DNA from: the human T2T-CHM13v2.0 reference genome, Homo sapiens
Assembly: GCF_009914755.1 (NCBI RefSeq)
Contig: NC_060946.1
Strand: one strand, 5' to 3'
Length of the DNA stretch: 64,000 bases
Shown: one piece after another, positions 48,906 through 64,000 of the stretch
Numbering within the stretch: position 1 is the first letter of the stretch
How the letters are laid out: every line of letters begins with the position of its first letter
Made by a program: the position numbers and the translations under genes
The notes under the pieces: model-generated
What the model was told of the DNA's origin: nothing
Database searches by the model: none
Seen by the model: the letters and a program-made list of their open reading frames with translations, nothing else

Positions 48906-49848
48906 AGACCCAAGCCACGGCCCGTGAGCAGGCTCGGCGCCACTGCTTCCACCACAGGGCAGGCACACTCTACAATTTTCAGGGCCCACAGCACCAAGAA
49001 GACAGGGAGGATCCAACAAAGGGATGACGCTAGGAAACACACACCCAAAGCAACCAACCAATCCAAGTAAAAACATGTCTCAGGGCTCCATTGGTTTTCC
49101 CACGTGGGCGGCCATGCCCCCCTGTTCCAGCCCGGCCCAGGCACCCTCAACCCTACCCTCACCAAAGGGGCCCATGTCTACCAGAACAGAGCCTCCATCT
49201 CCAAGGCTCTGTTGCTCCCCCTCTCTAGCTCCCTCACCCTCTCCCATTCTCTACTTCCCTCTCCACCTTGCATGCTCTCTCTCTCTCTCTCAATCTCCCT
49301 GGTTCTTCTCTGTCTTTCTCTCGATCACCGTTTCTCACTCTCCTTCCATTTCTATTTCTCTGTCTCTCTGTACCTTGTTCTTCTTCAAGCTGTCTGTGTC
49401 TTTGTGTGTCTGTGTGTGTGCTTGTCTTCCCACGTGTGTGCCCGTGTGTGTCTGTGTGATTGGGAGTGCGTTTGCTAGTGACTGTGGTGGAGTGTGTCTG
49501 GATGTCCATCAGAAACTTTGTCCCTGGATCAGGCTGTCAACTCTTAGCCAGCGCGTGGGTGTCACAGTTGCCGTAATAGTCTCACACATGCATGTGTGTG
49601 GATCTCGTTTATTTTCATGTGGACAAGGAGAGCGAAACCACAGAGAAAAGAAACGTCCCATGCATCACGTCCTGACGAAGGATTCCTGTTTCCTGAAAAG
49701 TGGGGAGTCTCTAATATAGCCGGTTTGAAAACCGGAAAGGAGAGCACCGACACAATGCTTGTCTGCCACGTATTCCTGGAAGTTTCTGGGGCCCACAGAG
49801 GTCGGGAGAAAAACAGTAAACATGGTCACACTTTCCAGGGTGCAGAGA
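48906..49848. repeat. Partial SST1/NBL2 (MER22) macrosatellite monomer
   Basis: GC-rich segment with internal CT-rich then GT-rich tracts. Motifs aaacacacacccaaagcaaccaaccaatccaag and gcgaaaccacagagaaaag recall SST1. Identification is from memory. Confidence 0.65.
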
Positions 49849-49849
49849 C

Positions 49850-49985
49850 TTGTTCTGGGCCCACTGTCTGGCATGCCCTAGTGAGATGAACACAGTACCT
49901 CTGAAGGAAATGCAGAAATCACCTGTCTTCTGCGTCGCTCACGCTGGGAGTTGTAGACCGGAGCTGTTCCTATACGGACATCATC
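49850..49985 (-). mobile_element. L1PA 5'UTR stub (first ~135 nt)
   Basis: Reverse complement reads ggaacagctccggtctacaactcccagcgtgagcgacgcagaagac..cagacagtggg. Confidence 0.9.
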
Positions 49986-51519
49986 TGGAGAAACTTCTTT
50001 GTGATGTGTGCATTCATCTCACAGAGTTGAACATTTCTTTTGATTGAGCAGTTTTGAAACACTGTTTTTGGAGAATCTCCAAGTGGATATTTGAAGAGAT
50101 TTGAGGCCTATTGTGGAAAAGGAAATATCTTCACATAAAAACTACACAAAAGCATTATGAAGAACTTCTTTGTGATGTGAGCATTCATCTCACAGAGTTG
50201 ACATATTCTTTTGATTGAGCAGTTTTGAAACATTCTTTTTGTAGAATCTGCAAGATGGATATTTGGAGCGCTTTGAGGCCTATTGTGACAAAGCAAATAT
50301 CTTCACATAAAAACTACACAGAAGCATTCTGAGAAACTACTTCGTGATGTGTGCATTCATCTCACAGAGTTGAAACTTTCTTTTGATGGAGCCTTTTTGA
50401 AACACTTTTTGTAGAATCTGCAAGTGGATATTTGGAGCCCTTTAAGGCCTACTGTGGAAAAGGAATTATCTTCACATAAAAACTACACAGAGGCATTCTG
50501 AGAAAATTCTCTGGATGTGTGCATTCATCTCACAGACTTGAACCTTTCTTTTGATTCAGCAGTTTTGAAAAGCTCTTTTTGTAGAATCTGCAAGTGGATA
50601 TTTGGAGGGCTTTGAGGCCTATTGTTGAAAAGGAAATATCTTCACATAAAAACTGCACAGAAGCATTCTGAGAAACATCTTTGTGATGTGTGCATTCAAC
50701 TCACAGAGTTGAACCTATCTTTTGATTGAGCAGTTTTGAATCTCTCATTCTGCAGAATCTGCAAATGGATAATTGGAGACCTTTGAGGCCTATTTTGGAA
50801 AAGGAAATATCTTCAAATAAAAACTACACAGAAGGATTCTGAGAAATTTCTTTGTGATGTGGACATTCATCTCAAGAGTTGAAACTTTCTTTTGATTGAG
50901 CAGTATTGAAACACTCTTTTTGCACAATCTGCAAGTGGATATTTGGAGCCCATTGAGGCCTATTGTGGAAAAGGAAATATCTTCACATGAAAAGTACTCA
51001 GAAACATTCTGATAAACTTCTTTGTGATGTGTGCATTCAACTACCAGAGTTGAACATATCCTTTGATTGAGCAGTTTAGAATCTCTCTTTTTGTAGAATC
51101 TGCAAGTGGATATTTGGAGCCCTTTGTGCTCTATGGTAAAAAAGGAAATATCTTCAAATAAAAACTACACAGAAGCATTCTAAGATACTACTTCGTGATA
51201 TGTGCATTCAATTCACAGAGCTGAACGTATCTTTTGATGGAGCAGTTTTGAGTCTCTCTTTTTGTAGAGTCTTCAAGTGGATATTTGGAGTGCTGTGAGG
51301 CCTACTGTGGAAAATCAAATATGTTCACATGAAAACTACAAAGAAGCATTTTGAGAAACTTCTTCATGATGTGTGCATTCAACTCACAGAGTTTAACCTA
51401 TCTTTTGACTGAGAAGTTTTGAATCTCTCTTTTTGCAGTATCTGCAAGTGGAAAATTGGAGTGCTTTCAGGACTAACATGGAAAAGCAAATATCTTCATA
51501 TAAAAACTACACAGAAGCA
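49986..51519 (+). repeat. Monomeric alpha satellite (~9 monomers)
   Basis: ~171-bp periodicity with A-type (pJ-alpha-like) tgtggaaaaggaaa boxes. Confidence 0.97.
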
Positions 51520-52445
51520 CTTCAGATGGGAGGAGCCAAGATGGCCGAATATGAACAGCTCCGGTCTACAGCTCCCAGCATGAGCGACACAGAAGATGGG
51601 TGATTTCTGCATTTCCATCTGAGGTACCAGGTTCCTCTCACTAGGGAGTACCAGACAGTGGGCACAAGTCAGTGGGTGCCTGCACTGTGCACAAGCTGAA
51701 GCAGGGCGAGGCATTCCCTCACTTGGGAAGCACAAGGGGTCAGGGAGTTCCCTTTCTTAGTCAAAGAAAGAGGTGACAGATGGCACCTCGAAAATTGGGT
51801 AACTCCCAGCCAAATACTGCACTTTTCTGACGGGTTTAAAAAATGGCGCACCAGGACATTATATCCTGTACCTGGCTCAGAGGGTCCTACACCCACGGAG
51901 TCTCACTGATTGCTAGCACAGCAGTCTGAGATCAAACTGCAAAGCGTCAGTGAGGCTGGGGGAGGGGCACCCACCATTGCCCATGCTTGCTTAGGTAAAC
52001 AAAGCAGCTGGGAATCTCGAACTGGGTGGAGCCCACCACAGCTCAAGGAGGCCTGCCTGCCTCTGTAGGCTCCACCTCTGGGGGCAGGGCACAGACAAAC
52101 AAAAAGACAGCAGTAACCGCTGCAGACTTAAATGTCCCTGTCTGACAGCTTTGAAGAGAGCAGTGGTTCTCCCAGCATGCAGTTGGAGATCTGAGAACGG
52201 GCAGACTGCCTCCTCAAGTGGGTCCCTGACCCCTGACAACTGAGCAGCTACCCCTGACCTCCTAACAGGGAGGCACCCCCCAGCACGGGCAGACTGACAC
52301 CTCACACGGCCGGGTACTCCAACAGACCTGCAGCTGAAGGTCCTGTCTGTTAGAAGGAAAACTAACAAACAGAAAGGACACCTACATCAAAAACCCATAT
52401 GTACATCACCATCACAAAAGACGAAAAGTAGATAAAACCACAAAG

Positions 52446-53462
52446 ATGGGGAGAAAACGGAGCAGAAAAACTGGAAACTCTAAAAAGCAGAGCACCTCTC
52501 CTCCTCCAAAGGAACACAGTTCCTCAGCAGCAACGGAACACAGCTGGACAGAGAATGACTTTGATGAGATGAGAGAAGAAGGCTTCAGATGATCAAATTA
52601 CTCTGAGCTACAGGAGGACATTCAAACGAAAGGTAAAGAAGTTGAAAACTTTGAAAAAAATTTAGAAGAACGTATAAGTAGACTAACCAATACAGAGAAG
52701 TGCTTAAATGAGCTGATGGAGCTGAAAACCAAGGCTCGAGAACTACGTGAAGAATGCAGAAGCCTCAGGAGCCGATGCGATCAACTGGAAGAAAGGGTAG
52801 CAGTGATGGAAGATGAAATGAATGAAATGAAGCGAAAAGGGAAGTTTAGAGAAAAAAGAATAAAAAGAAACGAGCAAAGCCTCCAAGAAATACGGGACTA
52901 TGTGAAAAGACCAAATCTACGTCTGAATGTTGTACCTGAAAGTGACGGGGAGAATGGAACCAAGTTGGAAAACACTCTGCAGGATGCTATCCAGGAGAAC
53001 TTCCCCAATCTAGCAAGGCAGGCCAACATTCAGATTCAGGAAATACAGAGAATGCCACAAAGATACTCCTCGAGAAGAGCAACTCCAAGACACATAATTG
53101 TCAGATTCACCAAAGTTGAAATGAAGGAAAAAATGTTAAGGGCAGCCAGAGAGAAAGGTCGGGTTACCCTCAAAGGGAAGCCCACCAGACTAACAGCGGA
53201 TCTCTCGGCAGAAACTCTACAAGCCAGAAGAGAGTGGGGGCCAATATTCAACATTCTTAAAGAAAAGAATTTTCAACCCAGAATTTCATATCCAGCCAAA
53301 CTAAGCTTCATAAGTGAAGGAGAAATAAACTACTTTACAGACAAGCAAATGCTGAGAGATTTTGTCACCACCAGGCCTGCCCTAAAAGAGCTCCTGAAGG
53401 AAGCACTAAACATGGAAATGAACAACCGGTACCAGCCACTGCAAAATCATGCCAAAATGTAA
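52446..53462 (+). pseudogene. L1 ORF1p, disrupted by a premature TGA (~52590); C-terminal 248 codons open
   Basis: The ORF track 52716-53462 matches ORF1p (..RATPRHIIVRFTKVEMKEK..NHAKM). Confidence 0.9.
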
Positions 53463-57311
<3,849 letters not shown>

Positions 57312-57527
57312 ACAATGAGAACACATGGACACAGGAAGGGGACATCACAGTCTGGGGACCGTTGTGGGGTGCGTGGAGGGGGAAGGGATAGCATTGGGAG
57401 ACATAACTAATGCTAGATGACGAGTTAGTGGGTGCAGTGCACCAGCATGGCACATGTATACATACGTAACTAACCTGCATATTGTGCACATGTACCATAT
57501 ATCTTAAAATATAATTGTAATAATAAA

Positions 57528-60500
57528 AAAAACTACACAGAAGCATTCTGAGAAACATCTCTGTGATGTGTGCATTCATCTCACAGAGTTGAAATTTTCT
57601 TTTCATTGAGCAGTTTTGAAACACTCTTTTTGTAGGATCTGCAAGTGGATATTTGGAGTCCCTAGATGACTATTGTGGAAAAGGAAATATCTTCCCATAA
57701 AAACTACACAGAATCATTCAGAGAAACTTCTTTGAGATGTGTGCATTCAACTCACAGATTTGAAACTTTCTTTTGATTGAGCAGTTTTGAAACACTCTTT
57801 TTGTAGAATCTGCAAGGGGATAATTGCAGCCCTTTGAGGCCTATTGTGGAAAAGGAAATATCTTCACATAAAAACTACTCAGAAGCATTCTGGAAACTTC
57901 TTTGTCATGTGTGCATTCAACTCAGAGAGTTGAAACTATCTTTTGATTATGCAGTTTAGAATCTCTCTTTTTGTAGAATCTGCAAGTGGATATTTGGAGT
58001 CTTTTGGGCCCTATGGTGGTAAAGGACATATCTTCCAATAAAAACTACACAGAAGCATTCTGAGAAAGTTCTAGTGATGTGTGCATTAAACTCACAGAGT
58101 TGAACCTATCTTTTGATTGAGCAGTTTTGAATTTCTCTTTTTGTAGAATCTGCAAGTGGGTATTTGGAGCGCTGTGAGGCCTACTGTGGAAAATCAAATA
58201 TGTTCACAGAAAAACTACACAGAAGCAGTCTAAGAAACTTCTTTGTGATGCGTGCATTCAACTCCCAGAGTTGAACTATCTTTTGACTGAGCAGTTTTGA
58301 ATCTCTCTTTTTGCAGAATCTGCAAGTGGATATTTGGAGAGTTTTGAGGACTATTGTGGAAAAGGAAATAACTTCAAATAAAAACTACACAGAATCATTC
58401 TGAGAAACTTCTTTGTGAGGTGTGCATTCAACTCACAGAATTGAACTTATCTTCTCATGGAGCAGTTTAGACTCTCTCTTTTTGTAGAATCTGCAAGTGG
58501 ATATTTGGAGCACTTTGAGGCCTAACGTGGAAAAGAAAATATCTTCAGATAAAAACTACACAGAAGCATTCTCAGAAACTTCTTCGTGATGTGTGCATTC
58601 AACTCACAGAGTCAAACATTTCTTTTGATTGAGCAGTTTTGAAACACTCTTTTTGTAGAATCTGCAGGTGGATATTTGGTGCCCTTTGAGGCCTATTGTG
58701 GAAAAGGAAATATCTTCACATAAAAACTACTCAGAAGCATTATGAGATACTTTTGTCATGTGTGCATTCAACTCAGAGAGTTGCAACTATCTTTTGATTG
58801 AGCAGTTTAGAATCTCTCTTTTTGTAGAATCTGCAAGTGGATATTTGGAGCCCTTTGTGCCCTTTGGTAGAAAAGGAAATATCTTCACATAAAAACTACA
58901 CAGAAGAATTCTCAGAAACTTCTTCATCATGTGTGCATTCAACTCACAGAGTTGAACATGTCTTTTGATTAAGCAGTTTTGAATCTCTCTTTTTGCAGAA
59001 TCTGCAAGTCAGTAATTGGAGCCCTTTGTGGCCTATGGTGGAAAAGGAAATATCTTCACATAAAAACTACTCAGAAGCATTCTGAGAAACTTCTTTGTCA
59101 TGTGTGCATTCAACTCACAGTGTTGAACCCGTCTTTTGATTGAGCAGTTTAGAACCTCTCTTTTTGTAGAATCCACAACTGGATATTTGAAGTCCTTTGC
59201 ACCCTATGGTGGAAAAGGAAATACCTTCAAATAAAAACTACACAGAAACATTCTCAGAAACTTCTTCATGATGTGTGCATTCAACTCACAGAGTTGAACC
59301 TATCTTTTGATTGAGCAGTTTTGAATCTCTCTTTTTGTAGAAACTGCAAGTGGATACTTGGAGCGCTGTTAGGCCTACTGTGGAAAATCAAATATGTTCA
59401 CATAAAAACTACACAGAGGCATTCTGAGAAACTTCTTTGTGATGTGTGCATTCAACTCACATAGTTGAACGTATCTTTTGATTGAAAAGTTTTGAATCAC
59501 TCTATTTGTAGAATATGCAAGTGGATATTTGGAGCCCATTGTGCCCTATGGTAGAAAAGGAAATATCTTCAAATAAAAACTAAACAGAAGGATTCAGAGA
59601 AACTTCTTTTGATGTATGAATTCAACTCACAGAGCTGAATCTATCTTTTGATTGAGAAGTTTTGAATCTCTCTTTTTGTGAATCTGCAGGTGGACTTTTG
59701 GAGCCCTTTGAGGCCTACTGTGGAAAAGCAAATAACTTCACATAAAAACCACCCAGAAGCATTCTGAGAAACTTCTTTGGGATGTGTGTAATCAACTCAC
59801 AGTGTTGAACCTATCTTTTGATGAGCAGTTTTGAATCTCTCTTTTTACAGAATCTGCAAGAGAATATTTGCAGCCCTTTGCGGCCTATGGTGGAAAAGGA
59901 AATATCTTCAAATAAAAACTACACAGAAACATTCTGAGAAACTTCGTGGTGATGTGTGCATTCATCTCACAAGGTTGAACCTATCTTATGATTGAGCAGT
60001 TTTGAAACCCTCTTTTTGTAGAATATGCAAGTCAATATTTGGAGTGCTTAGAGTCCTACAGTGGAAAAGTAAATATCTACAGATAAAAACTACATGGAAG
60101 TATTCTGAAAAACTTCTTTGTGATGCGTGCATTCATCTCACAGAGTTGAACTTTTCTTTTGATTGAGAAGTTTTGAAACACTCTTTTTGTAGAACCTACA
60201 AGTGGATATTTGGAGCCCTTTAAGGTCTATAGTCGAAAAGGAAATATCTTCAAATAAAAACTACACAGAAGCATTCTGTGAAACTTCTTTGTGATGTGTA
60301 CATTCATCTCACAGAGCTGAACCTTTCTTTTGATTGAGCAGTTTTGAAACACTCTTTTTGTAGAATCTGCAAGTGGATAATTGGAGTCTCTTTAGGCCTA
60401 TTGTGGAAAAAGAAATAACTTCACATAAAAACTACTCAGAAGCATTCTGAGAAACTTCTTTGTGATGTGTGCATTCAATTCACAGTGTTGAACCTATCTT

Positions 60501-63500
60501 TTGATTGAGCAGTTTTGAATCTCTCTTTTTGTAGAATCTGCAAGTGGATATTGGGAGCCCTTTACTCCCTATGGTGGAAAAGGAAATATCTTCACATAAA
60601 AACTACACGGAACCATTCTGAGAAACTTCTTTGTGAGGTGTGCATTCAACTCACTGAGTGGAACCTATCTTTTGATAGAGCACTTTTGAATCTCTCTTTC
60701 TGTAGCTTCTGCAAGTGGATATTTGGAGCACTGTGTGGCCTACTGTGGAGAATCAAATATGATCATATAAAAACTACACACAAGCATTTTGAGAAACTAC
60801 TTTGTGTTGTGTGCATTCAACTCACAGAACTGAACCTATGTTTAGATTGAGCAGTTTTGAATCTCTCTTTTTGCAGAAACTTCAAGTGGATTTTTGGAGT
60901 GCTGTGAGGCCTACTGTAGAAAATCAAATATGTTCACACAAAAACTACACAGAAGCATTCTGAGAAACTACTCTGTGATGTGTGCTTTCAACTCACAGAG
61001 TTGAAGCTATCTTTTGATTGAGCAGTATTGAATCTCTCTTTTTGCAGAATCTGCAAGTGGATGATTGGAGAGCTTTGAGGTCTATTGTGCAAAAGGAAAT
61101 ATCTTCACATAAAAATTACACAGAAGCATTCTGAGAAATTTCTATATGAGGTGTGCATTCAACTCACTGAGTTGAACTAATCTCATTGAGCAGTTTTGAT
61201 TCTCTCTTTTTGTAGAATCTGCAAGTGGAAATTTGGAGACCTTTGTGCCCTGTGGTGGAAAAGGAAATATCTTCAAATAAAAACTACACAGAAGCATTCT
61301 GAGAAACATCTCTGTGATGTGTGCATTCATCTCACAGAGTTGAACCTATGTTATGATTGAGCAGTTTTGAATCTCTCCTTTTGCAGAACCTGCAAGTGGA
61401 TGTTTGGAGAGCTTTGAGGCCTATTGTGGAAAAGGAAATATCTTCACATAAAAACTACATAGAAGCATTATGAGAAGCTTCTTTTTGAGATGTGCATTCA
61501 ACTCACAGAGTTGAAATTATCTTCTGATTGAGCAGTTTTGAATCTCCCTTTTTGTAGAATCTGCAAGTGGATATTAGGAGCCCTTTGCGCCCTATGGTGG
61601 AAAAGGAAAAATCTTCAAATAAAAGCTACACAGAAGCATTCAGGGAAACTTCTTTGGGATGTGTGCACTCAACTCACAGTGTTGAACGTAACTTTTGACT
61701 GAGCAGTTTTGAATCTCTCTTTTTGCACATTCTGCAAGTGGATATTTGGAGCCGTTTGCGGCCTATGGTGGAAAAGGAAATACCTTCAAAGAATAACTAA
61801 ACAGAAACATTTTGAGAAACTTCTTTGTGATGTGTGCATTCATCTCACAGGTTTAAACCTATCTTATGATTGAGCAGCTTTGAAACACTCTTTTTGTGGA
61901 ATCTGCAAGTGGATGTCTGGAGCACTTTGAGGTGTACCGTGAAAAAGCAAATATCTTCAGACAAAAACTACACAAAAGCATACTGAGAAACTTCTTTGTG
62001 ACGTTTGCATTCATCTCACATGTTTGAACCTATCTTATGATTGAGCAGTTTAGAATCTCTCTTTTTGTAGAATCAGCCAGTGGATATTGGGAGCCCTTTG
62101 CATCCTATGGTGGAAAAGGAAATATCTTCAGATAAAAACTACACAGAAGCATTCTCAGAAACTTCTTGGTGATGTGTGCTTTCAACTCACAGAGTTGAAC
62201 CTATCTTTTGATGGAGCAGTTTTGAATCTCTCTTTTTGTGGAATCTGCAAGTGGATTTTTAGAGGGCTGTGAGGCCTAAAGTGGAAAATCAAATATGTTC
62301 ACATAAAAACTACACAGAAGCATTCAGAGAAACTACTTTGTGATGTGTGCATTTAACTCACAGAGCTGAACCTAACTTTTGATTGAGCAGTTTTGAATCT
62401 CTCTTTTTGCAGAATCTGCAAGTGCATGTCTGGAGTGCTTTGAGGCCTATTGTGGAAAAGGAAATACCTTCACATAAAAACTACACAGAAGCATTCTGAG
62501 AAACTTCTTCGTGAGGTGTGCACTCAATTCACAGAGTTGAAGTTATCTTCTAATTGAGCTGTTTTGAATCTCTCTTTTTGTAGTATCTGCAAGTGGATAT
62601 TTGGAGCCATTTGTGCCCTGTGGTGGAAAAGGATATATCTTCAAATAAACACTACACAGAAGCATTCGGGGAAACTTCTTTGTCATGAGTGCATTCAACT
62701 CACAGAGTTGAACCTGTCTTTTGATAGAGCAGTTTTGAATCTTTCTTTTTGCAGAATCTGCAAGTGGATATTTGGAGCACTTTGTGGCCTGTGGTGGAAA
62801 AGCAAATATCTTCACATAAAATCTACACAGAAGCATTCTGAGAAACTTCTTTGGGATGTGTGCATTCAACTCACAGAGTTGAACATGTCTTTTGATTGAG
62901 CAGTTTTGAATCTCTCTTTTTGTAGAATCTGCAAGTCGATAATTGGAGCCCTTTGGGCCTATGGTGGAAAAGGAAATATCTTCAAATGAAAAATACACAG
63001 AAAAATCCTGAGAAACTTCTTTGTGATGTGTGCATTCATTTAACAGGGTTGAACCCATCTTATGATTGGGTAGTTTTGAAACACTGTTTTTGTAGAAACT
63101 GCAACTGGATATTTGGAGCAGTTTGAGCCCTACTGGGGGAAAACAAATATCTTCAGATAACAACTTCACTGAAGCACTCTGAGAAACTTCTTTGGATGAG
63201 TGCATTCTTTTCACAGAGTTGAACATTTCTTTTGTTAGAGCTGTTTTGAAACACTCTTTTTCTACAATCTTGGAGTGGATAATTTGAGCCCTTGGAGGCC
63301 TATTGTGGAAAAGGAAATATCTTCTCATAAAAACTACACAGAAGCAGTCTGAGAAACTTCTTTGGGATGTGTGCATTCATCTCACAGAGTTGAACCTTTC
63401 TTTTGGTTGAGCAGTTTCGAAACACTCTTTTTGTAGAATCTGCAAGTGGATCATTGGAGCCCTTTGAGGCCTATTGTGGAAAAGGAAATATCTTCACATA

Positions 63501-64000
63501 AAAACTACTCAGAAACATTCTGAGAAGCTTCTTTGTGATGTGTGCATTCAACTCGCAGAGTTGAACTTATCTTTTGATTGAGCAGATTTGAATTTCTCGT
63601 TTTGTAGAGTCTGCAAATGGATATTTGGAGCCCTTTGCACCCTATGGTGGAAAAGGAAATATCTTCAAATAAAAACTACACAGAAACATTCTCAGAAACT
63701 TCTTCATTGTGTGTGCATTCATCCCACAGAGTTGAAGCTTTCTTTTAATTGAACAGTTTTGAAACACTCTTTTTGTAGAATCTGCAAGTGGACATTTGGA
63801 GCCCCTTGAGGTCTATTGTGGCATAGGAAATATCTTCACATGAAAGCTACATGGAAGCATTCTGAGAAACTTCTTTGGGATGTGTGATTTCAATTCACAG
63901 GTTCGAACCTATCATCTTATTAAGCCGTTTTGAATCTCTCTTTTTGCAAAATCTGCAATTGGATATTTGGAGCCCTTTGCATCCTATAGTGGAAACGGAA
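57528..64000 (+). repeat. Monomeric or divergent alpha satellite (~38 monomers), no CENP-B box seen
   Basis: ~171-bp tandem monomers that differ from each other. I found no TTCGTTGGAAACGGGA by eye. Confidence 0.97.

Noticed and set aside
49024-49719. 231-aa ORF and overlapping ORFs
   Set aside because: They lie in an SST1-like GC/CT/GT-rich repeat and show no recognisable domain.
49850-49985. Stub as a recent inverted copy of the adjacent L1 at 51528
   Set aside because: The two differ at many positions, including CpG states, so they look like independent copies.
57528-64000. Active centromeric HOR or CENP-B boxes, and alpha-satellite ORFs (e.g. 277 aa at 62543-63376)
   Set aside because: The monomers are divergent A-type with no canonical CENP-B box, and the ORFs are chance readings of the satellite.

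Overview
This is a hominoid (human or great-ape) pericentromeric transition zone with no intact protein-coding gene. From left to right: a diverged (GGAAT/GGAGT)n HSat3-like satellite (1-1495), a ~75-bp inverted alpha-satellite stub, and a ~47-kb block that looks like a segmental duplication. That block is made mostly of nested retroelements: L1s of several ages, a class I ERV, THE1/MST/MLT LTRs, an HERV-K LTR5, an LTR6 and Alus. It is followed by an SST1/NBL2-like fragment, an inverted L1 5' stub, and monomeric alpha satellite without CENP-B boxes (49986-64000) carrying a full-length but inactive L1PA2/3. The only gene-derived piece I can identify is an orphan TUBB8-family beta-tubulin promoter plus exon 1 (minus strand, 12058-12002). 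It sits directly after the ERV integrase end and is cut 3 nt into intron 1. Other notable structures are a CER-satellite patch flanked by a 90-bp direct duplication, an Alu with a possible 3' transduction, and L1 5'UTRs from before and after the ZNF93-escape deletion. I see no firm evidence of a new biological system. The ERV-TUBB chimera is the best lead and is a hypothesis. Repeat subfamily names come from recalled consensus sequences, not from a database search.
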